Below are positions 1-13,600 of a stretch of DNA of 64,000 nt, piece by piece. The first letter of the stretch is position 1. Each line of letters starts with the position of its first letter. The notes beneath the pieces were generated by a model. It did no database searches. It was not told the origin of the DNA and was given only the letters and a program-made list of their open reading frames with translations. The DNA lies in the NCBI GenBank assembly GCA_002269645.1, contig NIVC01003575.1:26236-90235 (forward strand), in the 5' to 3' direction. The position numbers were made by a program, and so were the translations under genes. This DNA is from Macrostomum lignano. Taxonomy: Eukaryota.

Positions 1-577
1 CCCTCTCTCCTCTCTGCTAGCTCGGAGCTGCCCTCGCATTTTACCTTGCCGATATGTGCGCAGATACGAGCCCGCGGCAGCTACTCCATAGAGCTTCAAT
101 CAATCAATAGGCTCTGGATGCCGCTGTGCCTCCCCCCGATCCTAGCCGACCCCTTTTTCTTCCCCTTTCCCCCGCTCAAATCTCCCTCTAGTTTCTCCTC
201 TATCCCACCAGCCCTCATATAGGAGCATACAGTAGCCCCCCTTCTCTCACTCTGCTCGTCTGGAGCGTGTTCTCTCTCCTCAACCTCACTTCCCACTCAA
301 CTCCCCCCTATCCACTTCCCCTTCTCTCCCTCCCGCATCAGCATCTCCCACGCTTCTCGCCTTTTCCTATAGGAGAAAAACTAAATAGCCAAGCTAGTGA
401 GGGAGAACACAGCGGCGGTCCACCCTCCAGTCTGACTGGGGCAAGGGGCCGGCCAAAAAATCCTTGCTTACTCGTTGCCTGTTTATACGAATCCGGGGTC
501 ACTCATGTCTGCTCTTCTATTGTACCCGGCCTGGTTCATGCTTTCAGTTACTTTCAGTTCTTCTCTTTTTTAGCTTT

Positions 578-1410
578 CTCTTATCTCACCCTCTCCTTCC
601 ACTCACTCTTATCTCACCCTCTCCTTCCACTCACTCTTATCTCACTCTCTCCTTCCACTCACTCTTATCTCACCCTCTCCTTCCACTCACTCTTATCTCA
701 CCCTCTCCTTCCACTCACTCTTATCTCACCCTCTCCTTCCACTCACTCTTATCTCACCCTCTCCTTCCACTCACTCTTATCTCACCCTCTCCTTCCACTC
801 ACTCTTATCTCACCCTCTCCTTCCACTCACTCTTATCTCACCCTCTCCTTCCACTCACTCTTATCTCACTCTCTCCTTCCACTCACTCTTATCTCACTCT
901 CTCCTTCCACTCACTCTTATCTCACCCTCTCCCTCCACTCACTCTTATCTCACCTCTCTATCCTTCCCCTCACTCTTATCTCACTCTCTCCTTCCACTCA
1001 CTCTTATCTCACCCTCTCCTTCCACTCACTCTTATCTCACTCTCTCCTTCCACTCACTCTTATCTCACTCTCTCCTTCCACTCACTCTTATCTCACCCTC
1101 TCCTTCCACTCACTCTTATCTCACTCTCTCCTTCCACTCACTCTTATCTCACTCTCTCCTTCCACTCACTCTTATCTCACCCTCTCCCTCCACTCACTCT
1201 CATCTCACCTCTCTATCCTTCCCCTCACTCTTATCTCACCTCTCTATCCTTCCCTTCACTCTTATCTCACCCTCTCCTTCCACTCACTCTTATCTCACCC
1301 TCTCCCTCCACTCACTCTTATCTCACCTCTCTATCCTTCCCCTCACTCTTATCTCACCCTCTCTATCCTTCCCCTCACTCCTATCTCACCCTCTCTATCC
1401 TTCCCCTCCT
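578..1410. repeat. 28-bp CT-rich minisatellite
   Basis: Unit CTCTTATCTCACCCTCTCCTTCCACTCA. Confidence 0.95.
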
Positions 1411-1838
1411 TAGAGAGCAAGGATGTCGTCTCTCAGAATGAGCCCCCATCAAATTAATCTTAATCTTAGAAAGCAGGAAGCAGGAAATTCTTGATGGACC
1501 ATTTGTTTTCTACTTTTTTATCAATCCTATGGGGTTTATCGAGGCTCCTTACCTATCTTCTCATATCCCAGGCCCGGCTGATCCGATTGTCATCCGCTCT
1601 CCCTCTCTCTCTTCTCGTTCCGAGACCCGATCTCAGTCGAGAAGATTAATAGATTCTTAATTCAGTCCCACGGCAGGAGACACCAGATTATCGGATTGCA
1701 CTGCCGTCCCCTCCAGGCCTGCCGTCTCTATCAACAATTGATTTGGGCCGTGTAGTTATCGGTTTTGCTTTATTTCAGCTACTGACAGTAGCGCATAAAA
1801 CATTTTTTATATCAACGAAGCAAATTCCGACATTACTT

Positions 1839-2272
1839 CTGATTTCTCTCCTTCAGCCCCTCTCTTATCTCTGATTTCTCTCTCCCAGCCTCTCTTATCT
1901 TGATCTCTCTCTCCCAGCCCTCTCTATCTTGATCTCTCTCTTCCAGCCCTCTCTTATCTTTGATCTCTCTCTCCCAGCCTCTCTTATCTTTGATCTCTCT
2001 CTCCCAGCCTCTCTTATCTTTGATCTCTCTCTCCCAGCCTCTCTTATCTCTGATCTCTCTCTCCCAGCCTCTCTTATCTTTGATCTCTCTCTCCTAGCCT
2101 CTCTTATCTTGATCTCTCTCTCCCAGCCTCTCTTATCTTTGATCTCTCTCTCTCCCAGCCTCTCTTATCTTTGATCTCTCTCTCTCCCAGCCTCTCTTAT
2201 CTTTGATCTCTCTCTCTCAGCCTCTCTTATCTTTGATCTCTCTCTCTCCCAGCCTCTCTTATCTCTGATTTT
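1839..2272. repeat. ~29-bp CT-rich minisatellite
   Basis: Unit TCTCTTATCTTTGATCTCTCTCTCCCAGCC, with variable CT count. Confidence 0.9.
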
Positions 2273-2744
2273 TCTATTCCTGTCTTGTCTCTCTTGTTTT
2301 AAAGCTATCTGCGACCTCAAAGCAGCTCTGCACATCTCAGTAGCTCAGGAAGTTCAATTCCCCATGAGATCCGATGTTTTGTTGAGGATTTTTCAACTCT
2401 TTGGAAAGGAGGACGAGTTGTAATTTCCAAAACCTCGAAGAAGTTCCCTGCCAATCTCACCTGGATTGCATACCTGCATTGGACAGGCGCAGTTATACAA
2501 TTCATGCACGATAATCAATCTGTCATTGCCTGCTGTGCGGATATTTTAATTGATTTTTTACCAGTTAAACCTTTCACAACAGAAAAAATTCATCTAAGGT
2601 TAGGCTGGTTACAATAATGATATAATTGTTAATCCTCGATCCCAGCGTTAAAATGGCATGCCGACTTCTGCGCAAGTTTATTTACGCGATTTTTGAATTG
2701 CAGACATTTGACTCAAATATCCGCATGAAGCATCCGATTAATGC

Positions 2745-3035
2745 CATCACCCATCAAATCCCCATCCCTCAGCCATAAAAACCCCATCCCTCACCCATCC
2801 CCACCCATCAAAACCCCCATCCTGCACCAATCAAAACCCCATCCCTCAGCCATCAAAACCCCATCCCTCAGCCATCAAAACCCCATCCCTCAGCCATCAA
2901 AACCCCATCCCTCAGCCATCAAAACCCCATCCCTCAGCCATCAAAACCCATCCCTCAGCCATCAAAACCCCATCCCTCAGCCATCAAAACCCCATCCCTC
3001 AGCCATCAAATCCCATCCAGCACTAATCAAAACCT
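2745..3035. repeat. 22-bp minisatellite
   Basis: Unit CCATCAAAACCCCATCCCTCAG. Confidence 0.9.
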
Positions 3036-3179
3036 GACCCGTCACCCATCAAAGCGTCCTCAACTACCCAAATAGTATATTTTCAGTTTTTAGTTTTTTA
3101 AATCTATAAAATCCACTACCTTCCAATTCAAACGCAAACCAATGGGTCTTGCTAACCCTAACCCTCAACATCTCCGCAG

Positions 3180-5333
3180 ATTCCGAGGGCTCGGACGACT
3201 GGCTGCGCTCCCAGTTCCGCATGTACCTGCTGTCGGCACTGCTGGCCGCCAAGAGTGGCGAGTCGGAGGACTGGCAGGACTTCAACGCCTCGTTCATCCG
3301 GGCTCTGCAGAAGACCTACCATTTCAAGGTCTGGTCGGCCCACGACCACCGCGGCCTGGCCAGCATGGAGAATCCCCAGCACCCCTGCCACGGCCAGTCG
3401 GCCATCGGGATGAAGTTCAACCAGCTGCTGACCGGCACGGAGCAGGGCCGCAAAGTGACTAACGCTGTGCAGTCCACTGGCCGCGTGATCGAGGACACCG
3501 GGAAGGCTTTCGGTGGGTTATCGCCAGTCTTCTTGGTGGCTAAGTGTGCGGAATTTGTTAATGTGTGTGTGCAATGCTGAATTTGTCTCAAAGGTCTCTG
3601 ATTGGGTCCTAAGGCCCCTGAGTGTGTCCTAAGGCCCCTGAGTGTGTTCTAAGGCCCCTGAGTGTGTCCTAAGGCCCCTGAGTGTGTCCTAAGGCCCCTG
3701 AGTGTGTCCTAAGGCCCTGAGTGTGTCCTAAGGGCCCTGAGTGTGTCCTAAGGCCCCTGAGTGTGTCCTAAGGCCCCTGAGTATGTTCTAAGGCCCCTGA
3801 GTGTGTTCTAAGGCCCCTGAGTGTGTCCTAAGGCCCCTGAGTGTGTCCTAAGGCCCCGAGTGTGTCCTAAGGGCCCTGAGTGTGTCCTAAGGGCCCTGAG
3901 TGTGTCCTAAGGCCCCTGAGTGTGTTCTAAGGCCCCTGAGTGTGTCCTAAGGCCCCTGAGTGTGTCCTAAGGCCCCGAGTGTGTCCTAAGGGCCCTGAGT
4001 GTGTCCTAAGGGCCCTGAGTGTGTCCTAAGGCCCCTGAGTGTGTTCTAAGGGCCCTGAGTGTGTTCTAAGGGCCCTGAGTGTGTCCTAAGGGCCCTGAGT
4101 GTGTCCTAAGGCCCCTGAGTGTGTTCTAAGGGCCCTGAGTGTGTTCTAAGGGCCCTGAGTGTGTCCTAAGGCCCCTGAGTGTGTCCTAAGGCCCCGAGTG
4201 TGTCCTAAGGGCCCTGAGTGTGTCCTAAGGCCCCTCAGTGTGTCCTAAGGCCCCTGAGTGTGTCCTAAGGCCCCGAGTGTGTCCTAAGGGCCCTGAGTGT
4301 GTCCTAAGGCTCCGAGTGTGTCCTAAGGGCCCTGAGTGTCTTACAGACGTTGAGTGTGGCTTAAATGACGCTGAGTGTGTTTCAATGACGCTGAGCGTGT
4401 TTCAATGACGCTGAGTGTGTTTCAATGACGCTGAGTGTGTTTCAATGACGCTGAGTGTGTTTCAATGACGCGGAGCGTGTTTCAATGACGCTGAGTGTGT
4501 TTCAATGACGCTGAGTGTGTTTCAATGACGCGGAGCGTGTTTCAATGACGCTGAGTGTGTTTCAATGACGCTGAGTGTGTTTCAATGACGCGGAGCGTGT
4601 TTCAATGACGCTGAGTGTGTTTCAATGACGCTGAGCGTGTTTCAATGACGCTGAGTGTGTTTCAATGACGCGGAGCGTGTTTCAATGACGCTGAGTGTGT
4701 TTCAATGACGCTGAGCGTGTCCTTAATGACGCTGAGTGTGCGTCTTAAATGACACTGAGTGTTTCGATGACGCTGAGTGTGTTTCAATGACACTGAGTGC
4801 GTCTTAAATGATGCTGAGTGTATCTGAAATGATGCTGAGTGCGTCTTAAATGATGCTGAGTGTATCTGAAATGATGCTGAGTGCGTCTTAAATGACACTG
4901 AGTGTTTCGATGACGCTGAGTGTGTTTCAATGACACTGAGTGCGTCTTAAATGATGCTGAGTGTATCTGAAATGATGCTGAGTGCGTCTTAAATGATGCT
5001 GAGTGTATCTGAAATGATGCTGAGTGCGTCTTAAATGATGCTGAGTGTTTCGATGACGCTTAGTGCGTCTTGAATGACTCTGAGTGTGGCTGTGAGGCGC
5101 TGAATCCGCTAAGTTTAACAATATTACTGCCAACTGCCAACGCTTTAACCGTCTCTCCTTCCCGCTATTAAAAACCAGGCGGCGCCATCTTCAACGCTCG
5201 CAGCGCCATGTCGGGCTTCTTCACCGGCCTTCAGTCCAAGGCGGCCTCCAGGTTCAGCGGCGGCGAGGCCGTCCCCGGAGCCGAGGAGGCTGGACAAGCC
5301 GGCGGCGAGGCCGACGCTGTCGATCTGAAATGA
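3180..5333 (+). CDS. AVL9: Late secretory pathway protein AVL9 homolog, last two exons (5' part not identified in window)
   Basis: Exons 3180-3512 (ccgcag| ... G|gtgggt) and 5180-5333 (aaccag| ... TGA) join in phase 1. Translation EGSDDWLRSQFRMYLLSALL...TYHFKVW...HPCHGQ...GRKVTNAVQSTGRVIEDTGKAF|GGAIFNARSAMSGFF parallels the AVL9 C-terminus as I recall it (EGGDEWIRAQF...THNYRVW...HPFQGQ...GKKIGNVMVTT...GGAFSSAKTAMS). Confidence 0.88.
3608..5090. repeat. Two adjacent related 20-bp minisatellites filling the last AVL9 intron
   Basis: CTAAGGCCCCTGAGTGTGTC (3608-4340), then TTCAATGACGCTGAGTGTGT and variants (4345-5090). The CTGAGTGTGT core is shared. Confidence 0.95.
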
Positions 5334-5663
5334 CCTGCCTTAGCGCAGGTCGAACAAAGACACGATATTGACAACAAAGACCATAGAAAAACGAAACAAG
5401 TAGACGAAGCGAAACGAGCCGTGCTAGCGTGTACTTCGAAGTACATCGATTGGGGTGACTTTACAACTGATAGACTGTCAGTAGTCGCTACTTATCCATA
5501 CTACCTGCATCACCTATATTATATCCGCTATACTTGTGAGCACCCGGAGCAAAGGCATAGTAACAATTATCGTCAACAAGTTACATATATAATCCTTATA
5601 TATAATAGTCTTTGTTTTCAACAAAATATCGTCGATTACTACTCATATTTAGCATCCATAGTT

Positions 5664-5950
5664 CTACAGTGTCTGTCTGGGAAATTCCATAGAACTCTGC
5701 AGTGTCTAGGAAATTCCATAGAACTCTGCAGTGTCTAGGAAATTCCATAGAACTCTGCAGTGTCTGGGAAATTCCATAGAACTCTGCAGTGTCTGGGAAA
5801 TTCCATAGAACTCTGTAGTGTCTGGGAAATTCCATAGAACTCTGCAGTGTCTGGGAAATTCCATAGAACTCTGCAGTGTCTGGAAAATTCCATAGAACTC
5901 TGCAGTGTCTGGGAAATTCCATAGAACTCTGCAGTGTCTTGAAAATTCCA
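5664..5950. repeat. 29-bp minisatellite
   Basis: Unit CTGCAGTGTCTGGGAAATTCCATAGAACT. Confidence 0.95.
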
Positions 5951-7654
5951 TGGAGTGTAATCTTCTCCAGAGAACGGGGAATCCCAAAAAATCTGGGTAA
6001 ACTACGACATAAATTGCGAAGAACGAATGAAGTTATTCCCATCGGTCATTGCCTGTGCTTATGAAAATAGTACACATCTAAAATAGTTTTATTTTCTTTG
6101 TTTCCTCTATTATATTAACCAGATTATCTGGTTTTCTGTTTCAGTCCTATGCCCCACATTTGTATTTGTTTTCCTCCCCGTTATTGCCGATACATTAATC
6201 CCATCTTATCTTACAGTAGCATTCATTCTATTTCTATAAAGAACGCGTTTTTAAGCCTAGTTATAGTTGATTCAAATAGCTCGTACTTAGTCCTTAGAGC
6301 TCGTGTCTAAGTTAGTGAATGAGAAGCGGGTGCCGACCATAGCTTAACTGGGCCCCTCATTAGACTCCTTCCGAACTCGCAGAATTCATGCATTGTCACG
6401 CGCTCGATATACGCTGATGAGCTAATCCAAGGTTGCAATAATCATTTCACAAATTCAATGCTAAATATTTATTTATATTTGTTTTAACGTTCCTCAATGC
6501 AAATGTCTAGTAGCTATCGTAATTATATGTTAACTCTGGCCCATAAATTATGTTGCTAATCATTATTGTTTTTGTCCTCATTGTCCTCGTTGTTGTTCAA
6601 CTTAGTAAAAAGAATTCTAAATATTATCGGAAAAATCACGAGAGCCCCATCGAAGCAACTTCTATGAAGCGCTACGATTGAGAGCCTCTAGCAACAACGT
6701 AGAGAGCCTTTGCAACAACGTAGAAAGCCTCTGCAACAACGTAGAGAACCCCCAAAAACAATGTAGAGCCCCTGTAAAACACAAAACATAATGAGCCTCT
6801 GCAGACGTAGAGAGCCTCTAAAAATATAAGAGACCATCTAAAAACAACGTAGATTCGCTTAAAAAGGTCACAAATTGAGAAACTCCAACAACGATTACAA
6901 GAGTAACTTGACATTCGTTTCTCAAAACCTTCCAGCTTATATCCCTCCCCACCCTAACAATGCATAATAAACTCGATGCTGTTTATTCCTGTTGTAGCGC
7001 CTGTTTGGGTGTTTCTGTGGATCTTGTTTGTTTCGAAAAAAGTGCGTTTTCATCCGTCTCTGGCCTGGTTATTTTAAGGCCGAGCGGTATCGCGCTGCAC
7101 CATTAATGCTATTGTTTATTTTAATATTAGCCCGAAAACAGGCACGGGACAACTCATAATCGCGCGCGCGTCCTCACGTTTTATTTTTTAGTGTTTTAAC
7201 GTTTGTATTACTTTTAGTAGAAACTGCTAGGGTTTTATCTGACATCTGTCTACTCTCCTCTATATCGGTGTTGTGCTAACTAGCAAGTTTTCTTTAGGCG
7301 CCTTTTACCTACGCGATACACGCCCAGACATCTGGCGACTCCTCAGAGGCAAGAGTGCTGCAGAAATTAAAACAAACTCTGATAATGCAGCCACCTGAGA
7401 AGACGCAGCCAGGTGTCTGTCAGCGTCATCCATAATAGTCAGTTCTAGAACAAAGTAAATAAGTAAAAAAATTCTTAAAGTAAACCTCGCATAAATTTGT
7501 TTCCCACATCCATTTTAACCAGCAATATATACACTTATTTTATGGCAAGAAAAATCAATAAAATTGTGTGAATTCGCCAATTCACTAAACTGTTTTGTTT
7601 GTCTCCTTTGTTTACCAGCCTTTTTAATTCCTAAGTATGTTGAAAGAACGAATC

Positions 7655-8268
7655 TTCACAACACCCAGATATATACACTCCCGAAGTTTCACAACACCCA
7701 GATATATACACTGACGAAGTTTCACAACACCCAGATATATACACTCCCGAAGTTTCACAACCATCAGATATATACACTGACGAAGTTTCACAACACTCAG
7801 ATATATACACTGACGAAGTTTCACAACACTCAGATATATACACTGACGAAGTTTCACAACACCCAGATATATACACTCCCGAAGTTTCACAACCATCAGA
7901 TATATACACTCCCGAAGTTTCACAACACCCAGATATATACACTCCCGAAGTTTCAACACCCAGATATATACACTGACGAAGTTTCACAACACCCAGATAT
8001 ATACACTGACGAAGTTTCACAACACCCAGATATATACACTGACGAAGTTTCACAACACCCAGATATATACACTGACGAAGTTTCACAACACCCAGACATA
8101 TACACTCCCAAAGTTTCACAACACCCAGATATATACACTGACGAAGTTTCACAACACTCAGATATATACACTCCCGAATCTTCACAACACCCAGACATAT
8201 ACACTCCCGAAGTTTCACAACACCCAGACATATACACTCCCGAAGTTTCACAACACCCAGATATATAC
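7655..8268. repeat. 33-bp minisatellite
   Basis: Unit GAAGTTTCACAACACCCAGATATATACACTCCC/GAC. Confidence 0.95.
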
Positions 8269-9727
8269 GTGTTAATCCCCGTGTTAAAAAATCAATAATT
8301 AATTTTTTAAAAACTATTCGAATTTGCATTAAACTAAACAGCAGAATAGCCTTCTAGATTACAATTTTCATAGATATACTTATCTATTTATATAGACAAG
8401 ATTGCGAAGTATGTCTACAAAAATAGCACAGGTGGGTCAATATAGTCATATATATAAATTGCAATTTGCATTGTCAAACACGCGGAGAGAACGGAGGTGC
8501 TATACAAAAATAAAAAAACGCACTAAAAAGACAATATATTTGTATCTTCAAATATTGGAAACAGTAATATTAAATAATGCTTTACACCGCAAAATGATTG
8601 TTTTAACTTTCTAGAACAGAAAAAAACAGAATAAAGAAATTAATTGGGATTCGAGGCTACATTGACAGACACTCGACTATTAATAATATAATAATTCTGC
8701 AAAATTCAAAAATTTACTAGACTTCCAGTTACAAAAAATACCACTACTTACTAGCAAACTACTCAAAGTAGGCCAAGCTCACCTGTGTAAGAATAATTTG
8801 CGCAAATTTAAAAAAAAGTTACGAGAAAAAAAGTATAAAAAATGTAGCAACCAGATTAGGTGATATACTTTGAGAAGACACAAAGTTCAGCTAGTAGGAG
8901 AGTGAAGTATAAACCTGCGGAATTGAACAGCTGGGGGGGCAAGCAGGCATTGCTTTGCATAGCTCATGTTTGATTATATTAAATAAATCAATGCGTGGAA
9001 CATTTGAGTAAACGTAAAAGAGCTAGGACTTTAGTCACCAAATTCGAGCAAATAAATGTTTTTTGTAAAGTGGAAGTACGTATTAAGCCACTAGATAAAT
9101 TAGTTTACTGAGATTACATTAGCGATGATCGGTCACAACAGAAGAGCAGTTATAATGACTCACCAGGGAATATTCTGTGAAATTGAATTTCTATTGCAAC
9201 ACGAGGGGATTTGCGATGCAACACCCAATCAGCTGATCATCATGCGGCATGCTTGAAGCGGAACAGAGCAAAACAGTATTTGGTAAGTGTATAGCGGCGA
9301 GCGTGCACTTTAAACGAGCGAATGAACTACTTTAGAAGCAAAACTTTATCAAACGAGTTGTGGGGGGGGGGGGGGGCAGGCAGTCAAACAGACTGGCAGC
9401 GGCAAAATTCGAAAGACAGAATCTTTTAGAAGCAGGAAATAAGCCGACAGAGAAGCCGAAAAGCTGAAAAAGGCAGCGAAATCCTCAAAATAGAGCAGCT
9501 GGCGTACGTGCAGTGCGGGAGACAGACAGATTAGAGAGAGTAGAGAAGGGTGAGTGAAGGCAAATGTATGAATTGCATTATAGGCGTTATTTTATTCAAA
9601 ACCACAGGAGCTGCATAGCTTCAAAATTTAACTACGAAGCGCGAAGTATGAAGTTTTTAAAAACATAGATAGGCACATTTTCGCATCGAATGGAAATCGA
9701 AACTGGCCTGTTATGACATCTATTAAG

Positions 9728-10216
9728 GACAGACAGGAGATACAGACAGGAGATACAGACAGGAGATACAGGCAGGAGATACAGACAGGAGATACAGACA
9801 GGAGATACAGGCAGGAGATACAGACAGGAGATACAGACAGGAGATACAGACAGGAGATACAGGCAGGAGGTACAGACAGGAGATACAGACAGTAGACACA
9901 GGCAGGAGACACAGGCAGGAGACACAGGCAGGAGACACAGACAGGAGATACAGGCAGAAGATACAGGCAGGAGATACAGACAGGAGATACAGACAGGAGA
10001 TACAGGCAGGAGATACAGACAGGAAATACAGACAGGAGATACAGACAGGAGACACAGACAGGAGATACAGACAGGAGATACAGACAGGAGATACAGACAG
10101 GAGATACAGACAGGAGATACAGACAGGAGACACAGACAGGAGATACAGACAGGAGATACAGACAGGAGATACAGACAGGAGATACAGACAGGAGATACAG
10201 ACAGGAGATACAGGCA
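9728..10216. repeat. 13-bp minisatellite
   Basis: Unit CAGGAGATACAGA. Confidence 0.95.
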
Positions 10217-10629
10217 CAGGTGTAGATGGCTAGCAAAAGCACAAGAAGCCTATGCAATCAATGCGTTCTTCAGCTGCAGAAGGCAGGTTAAAAAAATATT
10301 ATACGATGCAGGCGCGCTTATAAGCAAAACTACAATTGCATATATAATGCACTATAGTAAAAGCAACAAGTTCAGAGCTAGTACATATATAGTTAAGTTT
10401 TGTTTAGCAGGTGCAAGCCAAGATTATAGCAAGGATCACAAAAAAGGCTCAAGGAGGAAGTGAGAATAGAAATTCATAGAAAATTGCTGTTTAAAATACA
10501 TTACCGAGATTTGGAATTGACCAATTTCTACTTGAAATGACCTTCATATGCACAGAAATAAGCGAGCGAATTCTCTAACTACTATCAGTAGGTAAAATGA
10601 AGTCGGTCAAAGACTCGGGCTGTAAGAAT

Positions 10630-13600
10630 TCAACGGAACACATTGGTATTCTCTAGCACAATGTCGAATTTGGCTACAATTTCGCTAAATGACGGCCGAT
10701 CGCTCGACTGCGACTTCCAACAGTCCAGCATGATGTACACGTACACCTGGTGCTCCGGGCACAGTCTGGGCTTCTCCAGCACCCCGCCGTCTGCCACGTA
10801 CTGGCACACCTGGGCGTTAGTCCGGTTGCCATAGGGACTGTCGCAGCAGGTGAACACCTCCCACATGAGGACGCCGAACGCCCAGACGTCGGACTTGACG
10901 CTGTACCGGTTGCACTGGAACACCTCCGGTGCGGCCCAGCGAACCGGGAATTTCGAACCGGCCGAGGCGTCGTATTCTTGGCCCAGGAGGAACCGGGCCA
11001 TGCCGAAGTCGCTCACCTTCACCTGTTAACAGGGGTGGGGGTGGGATTCGGATTAGCCTTGGGTACTTTACTACGCGAGAACATGTGCTGACACGCCCTT
11101 CTCTGTCTACTTCTCACTCTTTTTCAGTCTACCTCTCATCCATTTGATTTTTTTATTGCTGTTCATACCGCTGACTCCCCTGAGCAGCCACACACTCACA
11201 CACAGAGGTGTACAGTGGCCCTAACTTATTTTATCGTTAGGCATGTACATGTGAGGTTGGCCCTCAATGGCATTTATTGCACGAGCAGAGCCAAGCTGAG
11301 ATTCTAATTTAGCCCCAGATTAATGCGACTGCAATGGGAATCGAGCCTGGACCGCTGGCACATCAGAGCGCCGCGCTTGACCACTGGGATACCGCCCCCA
11401 TTACCTATCATCACCAATTCTTACTCACTCTCAGTCTAATTCTCATCCCTTCTCAGCCTACATCTCATTCACTCTCAGCTTACCTCATTAATTTTCAGTT
11501 CACCTCTCATCCGCTTTCAGTCTACCTCTCATCCACTTTCAGTCTACCTCTCATCCACTTTCAGTCTACCTCTCAGCCTACCTCTCAGCCTACCTCTCAT
11601 CCACTCTCAGCCTACCTCTCATTCACTCTCAGCTTACCTCTCATCCACTCTCAGCCTACCTCTGATTCACTCTCAGCCTACCTCTCATTCAATCTCAGCC
11701 TACCTCTCATTCACTCTCAGCCTATCTCTCATTCACTCTCAGCCTACCTCTGATTCACTCTCAGCCTACCTCTGATTCACTCTCAGCCTACCTCTCATTC
11801 ACTCTCAGCCTACCTCTCATTCACTCTCAGCCTACCTCTCATTCACTCTCAGCCTACCTCTGATTCACTCTCAGCCTACCTCTGATTCACTCTCAGCCTA
11901 CCTCTCATCCACTCTCAGCCTACTTCTTAACCATTCTCATTAATTCTCAGTCTAGCTTATCATTGTCTACCCCTCTCTCACAGTCCACCTCTCATCCAAT
12001 GCCTACAGCTATCTGATGGATACTCGTTGCAACTCTATTAACTCAACGACCCCCCCAAACCGATGCAATGCTACACTCGCCTCAATATAGCCGTGCAGGT
12101 GCAGCAACGATTTGACCAATATGTTTCTGCAGGCCAAGTCCCGGTGAATGAAGTTCCTCTCCTCCAGGTACATCATAGCCACGGCTACCTGGTTGCACAC
12201 GTCTAGCAGGGCGGCAACCCGACTAGCCTTCATATAGTTATCCCGACGGGAGCGTAGAAAGTCTTTCAGCGATCCGTACGGCATGTAGTCCGTGACCAGC
12301 ATGACCGGCTTAGACTTGGTGACCACACCGAATAGCTGAACAAGATTCGGGTGATTCAAATTGCGCATATTTCTCGCCTCCTCGATGAAGTCCTCCTCAG
12401 CCATGGCGCCTTCCAGCATCAGCTTGACGGCCACCGGGGTGCCGCGAAGCCAGCCGCGGCGGACTTCGCCGAATTGGCCGCGGCCAATCGGGTCGCGGTC
12501 CATTTTGAGCTCGGCCGGATCAACTTCGAGCTCGTCGAAGCCAAGGCCGACCGGGGCCGGCGCCTCCTGGCCGAGGCTGGGCGGCGAGCGCAGGCGGACA
12601 ACCAAGCCTGCGGATGCGGGGGATGGTTTTGCCTTGATCTTAGCCTATTTTGATAAATTCAATAATCTCACCCTAGATTTCCATAGAGTAGCGAGAATCT
12701 TACCCTAGATTGCCACAGAGTAGTGAGAATCTTACCCTAGATTGCCACAGAGTAGTGAGAATCTTACCCTAGATTGCCATAGAGTAGTGAGAATCTCACC
12801 GAAAACAGTCACAGAGTAGTGATAATCTTATACTAGATACTCACCGCCAGAATTGTGCTTGTGATAGAAGATTAACTCAGGAATAGACGCGCAGGCGTGC
12901 TTCTCAGCCAGATAGTACTGGCGCTGATCGTTCACGTAGATGTGATAGTGGTGCACGCGCCACTCGCTGCGACTGGAAAATTGCGGTTTTGTGCTACTGA
13001 TTAAGAAAAAACTTTACAAATATATTCCTGCATGGAAACATCTCCATAATTTGCTACTTATGAGTAAATTGTAACACTTTTTATTAAGGTACGAGCTATC
13101 TTTAAATCGTTCAGATTTCGTCTTTTACTGAGTCCCCGCTGTCGCCCTCCACTCATTCAGTGGGTCTCCGCTGTCGCCCTCCACTCATTCAGTGGGTCCC
13201 CGCTGTCGCCCTCCACTCATTCAGTGGGTCTCCGCTGTCGCCCTCCACTCATTCAGTGGGTCTCCGCTGTCGCCCTCCACTCCTTCAGTGGGTCTCCGCT
13301 GTCGCCCTCCACTCCTTCAGTGGGTCTCCGCTGTCGCCCTCCACTCATTCAGTGGGTCTCCGCTGTCGCCCTCCACTCATTCAGTGGGTCCCCGCTGTCA
13401 CCCTCCGCTCCTTCAGTGGGTCTCCTCTGTTACCCTCCACTCATTCAGTGGGTCTCTGCTGTCGCCCTCCACTCATTCAGTGGGTCTCCGCTGTCGCCCT
13501 CCACTCCTTCAGTGGGTCTCCGCTGTCGCCCTCCACTCATTCAGTGGGTCTCCGCTGTCGCCCTCCACTCATTCAGTGGGTCCCCGCTGTCACCCTCCGC

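Noticed and set aside
267-1457. Long ORFs (396 and 325 aa) at the window start
   Set aside because: They are translations of a stop-free 28-bp CT minisatellite with no protein family signal.
2303-2610. ~100-codon open frame as an upstream AVL9 exon
   Set aside because: No resemblance to the expected AVL9 segment (DPELRK...TTADLRFAD) and no convincing phase-compatible donor.
11330-11399. tRNA gene
   Set aside because: A- and B-box-like motifs are present, but there is no full cloverleaf and it continues into a body with an A-rich tail, so I called it a SINE. A similar isolated B-box fragment lies at ~47165-47195.
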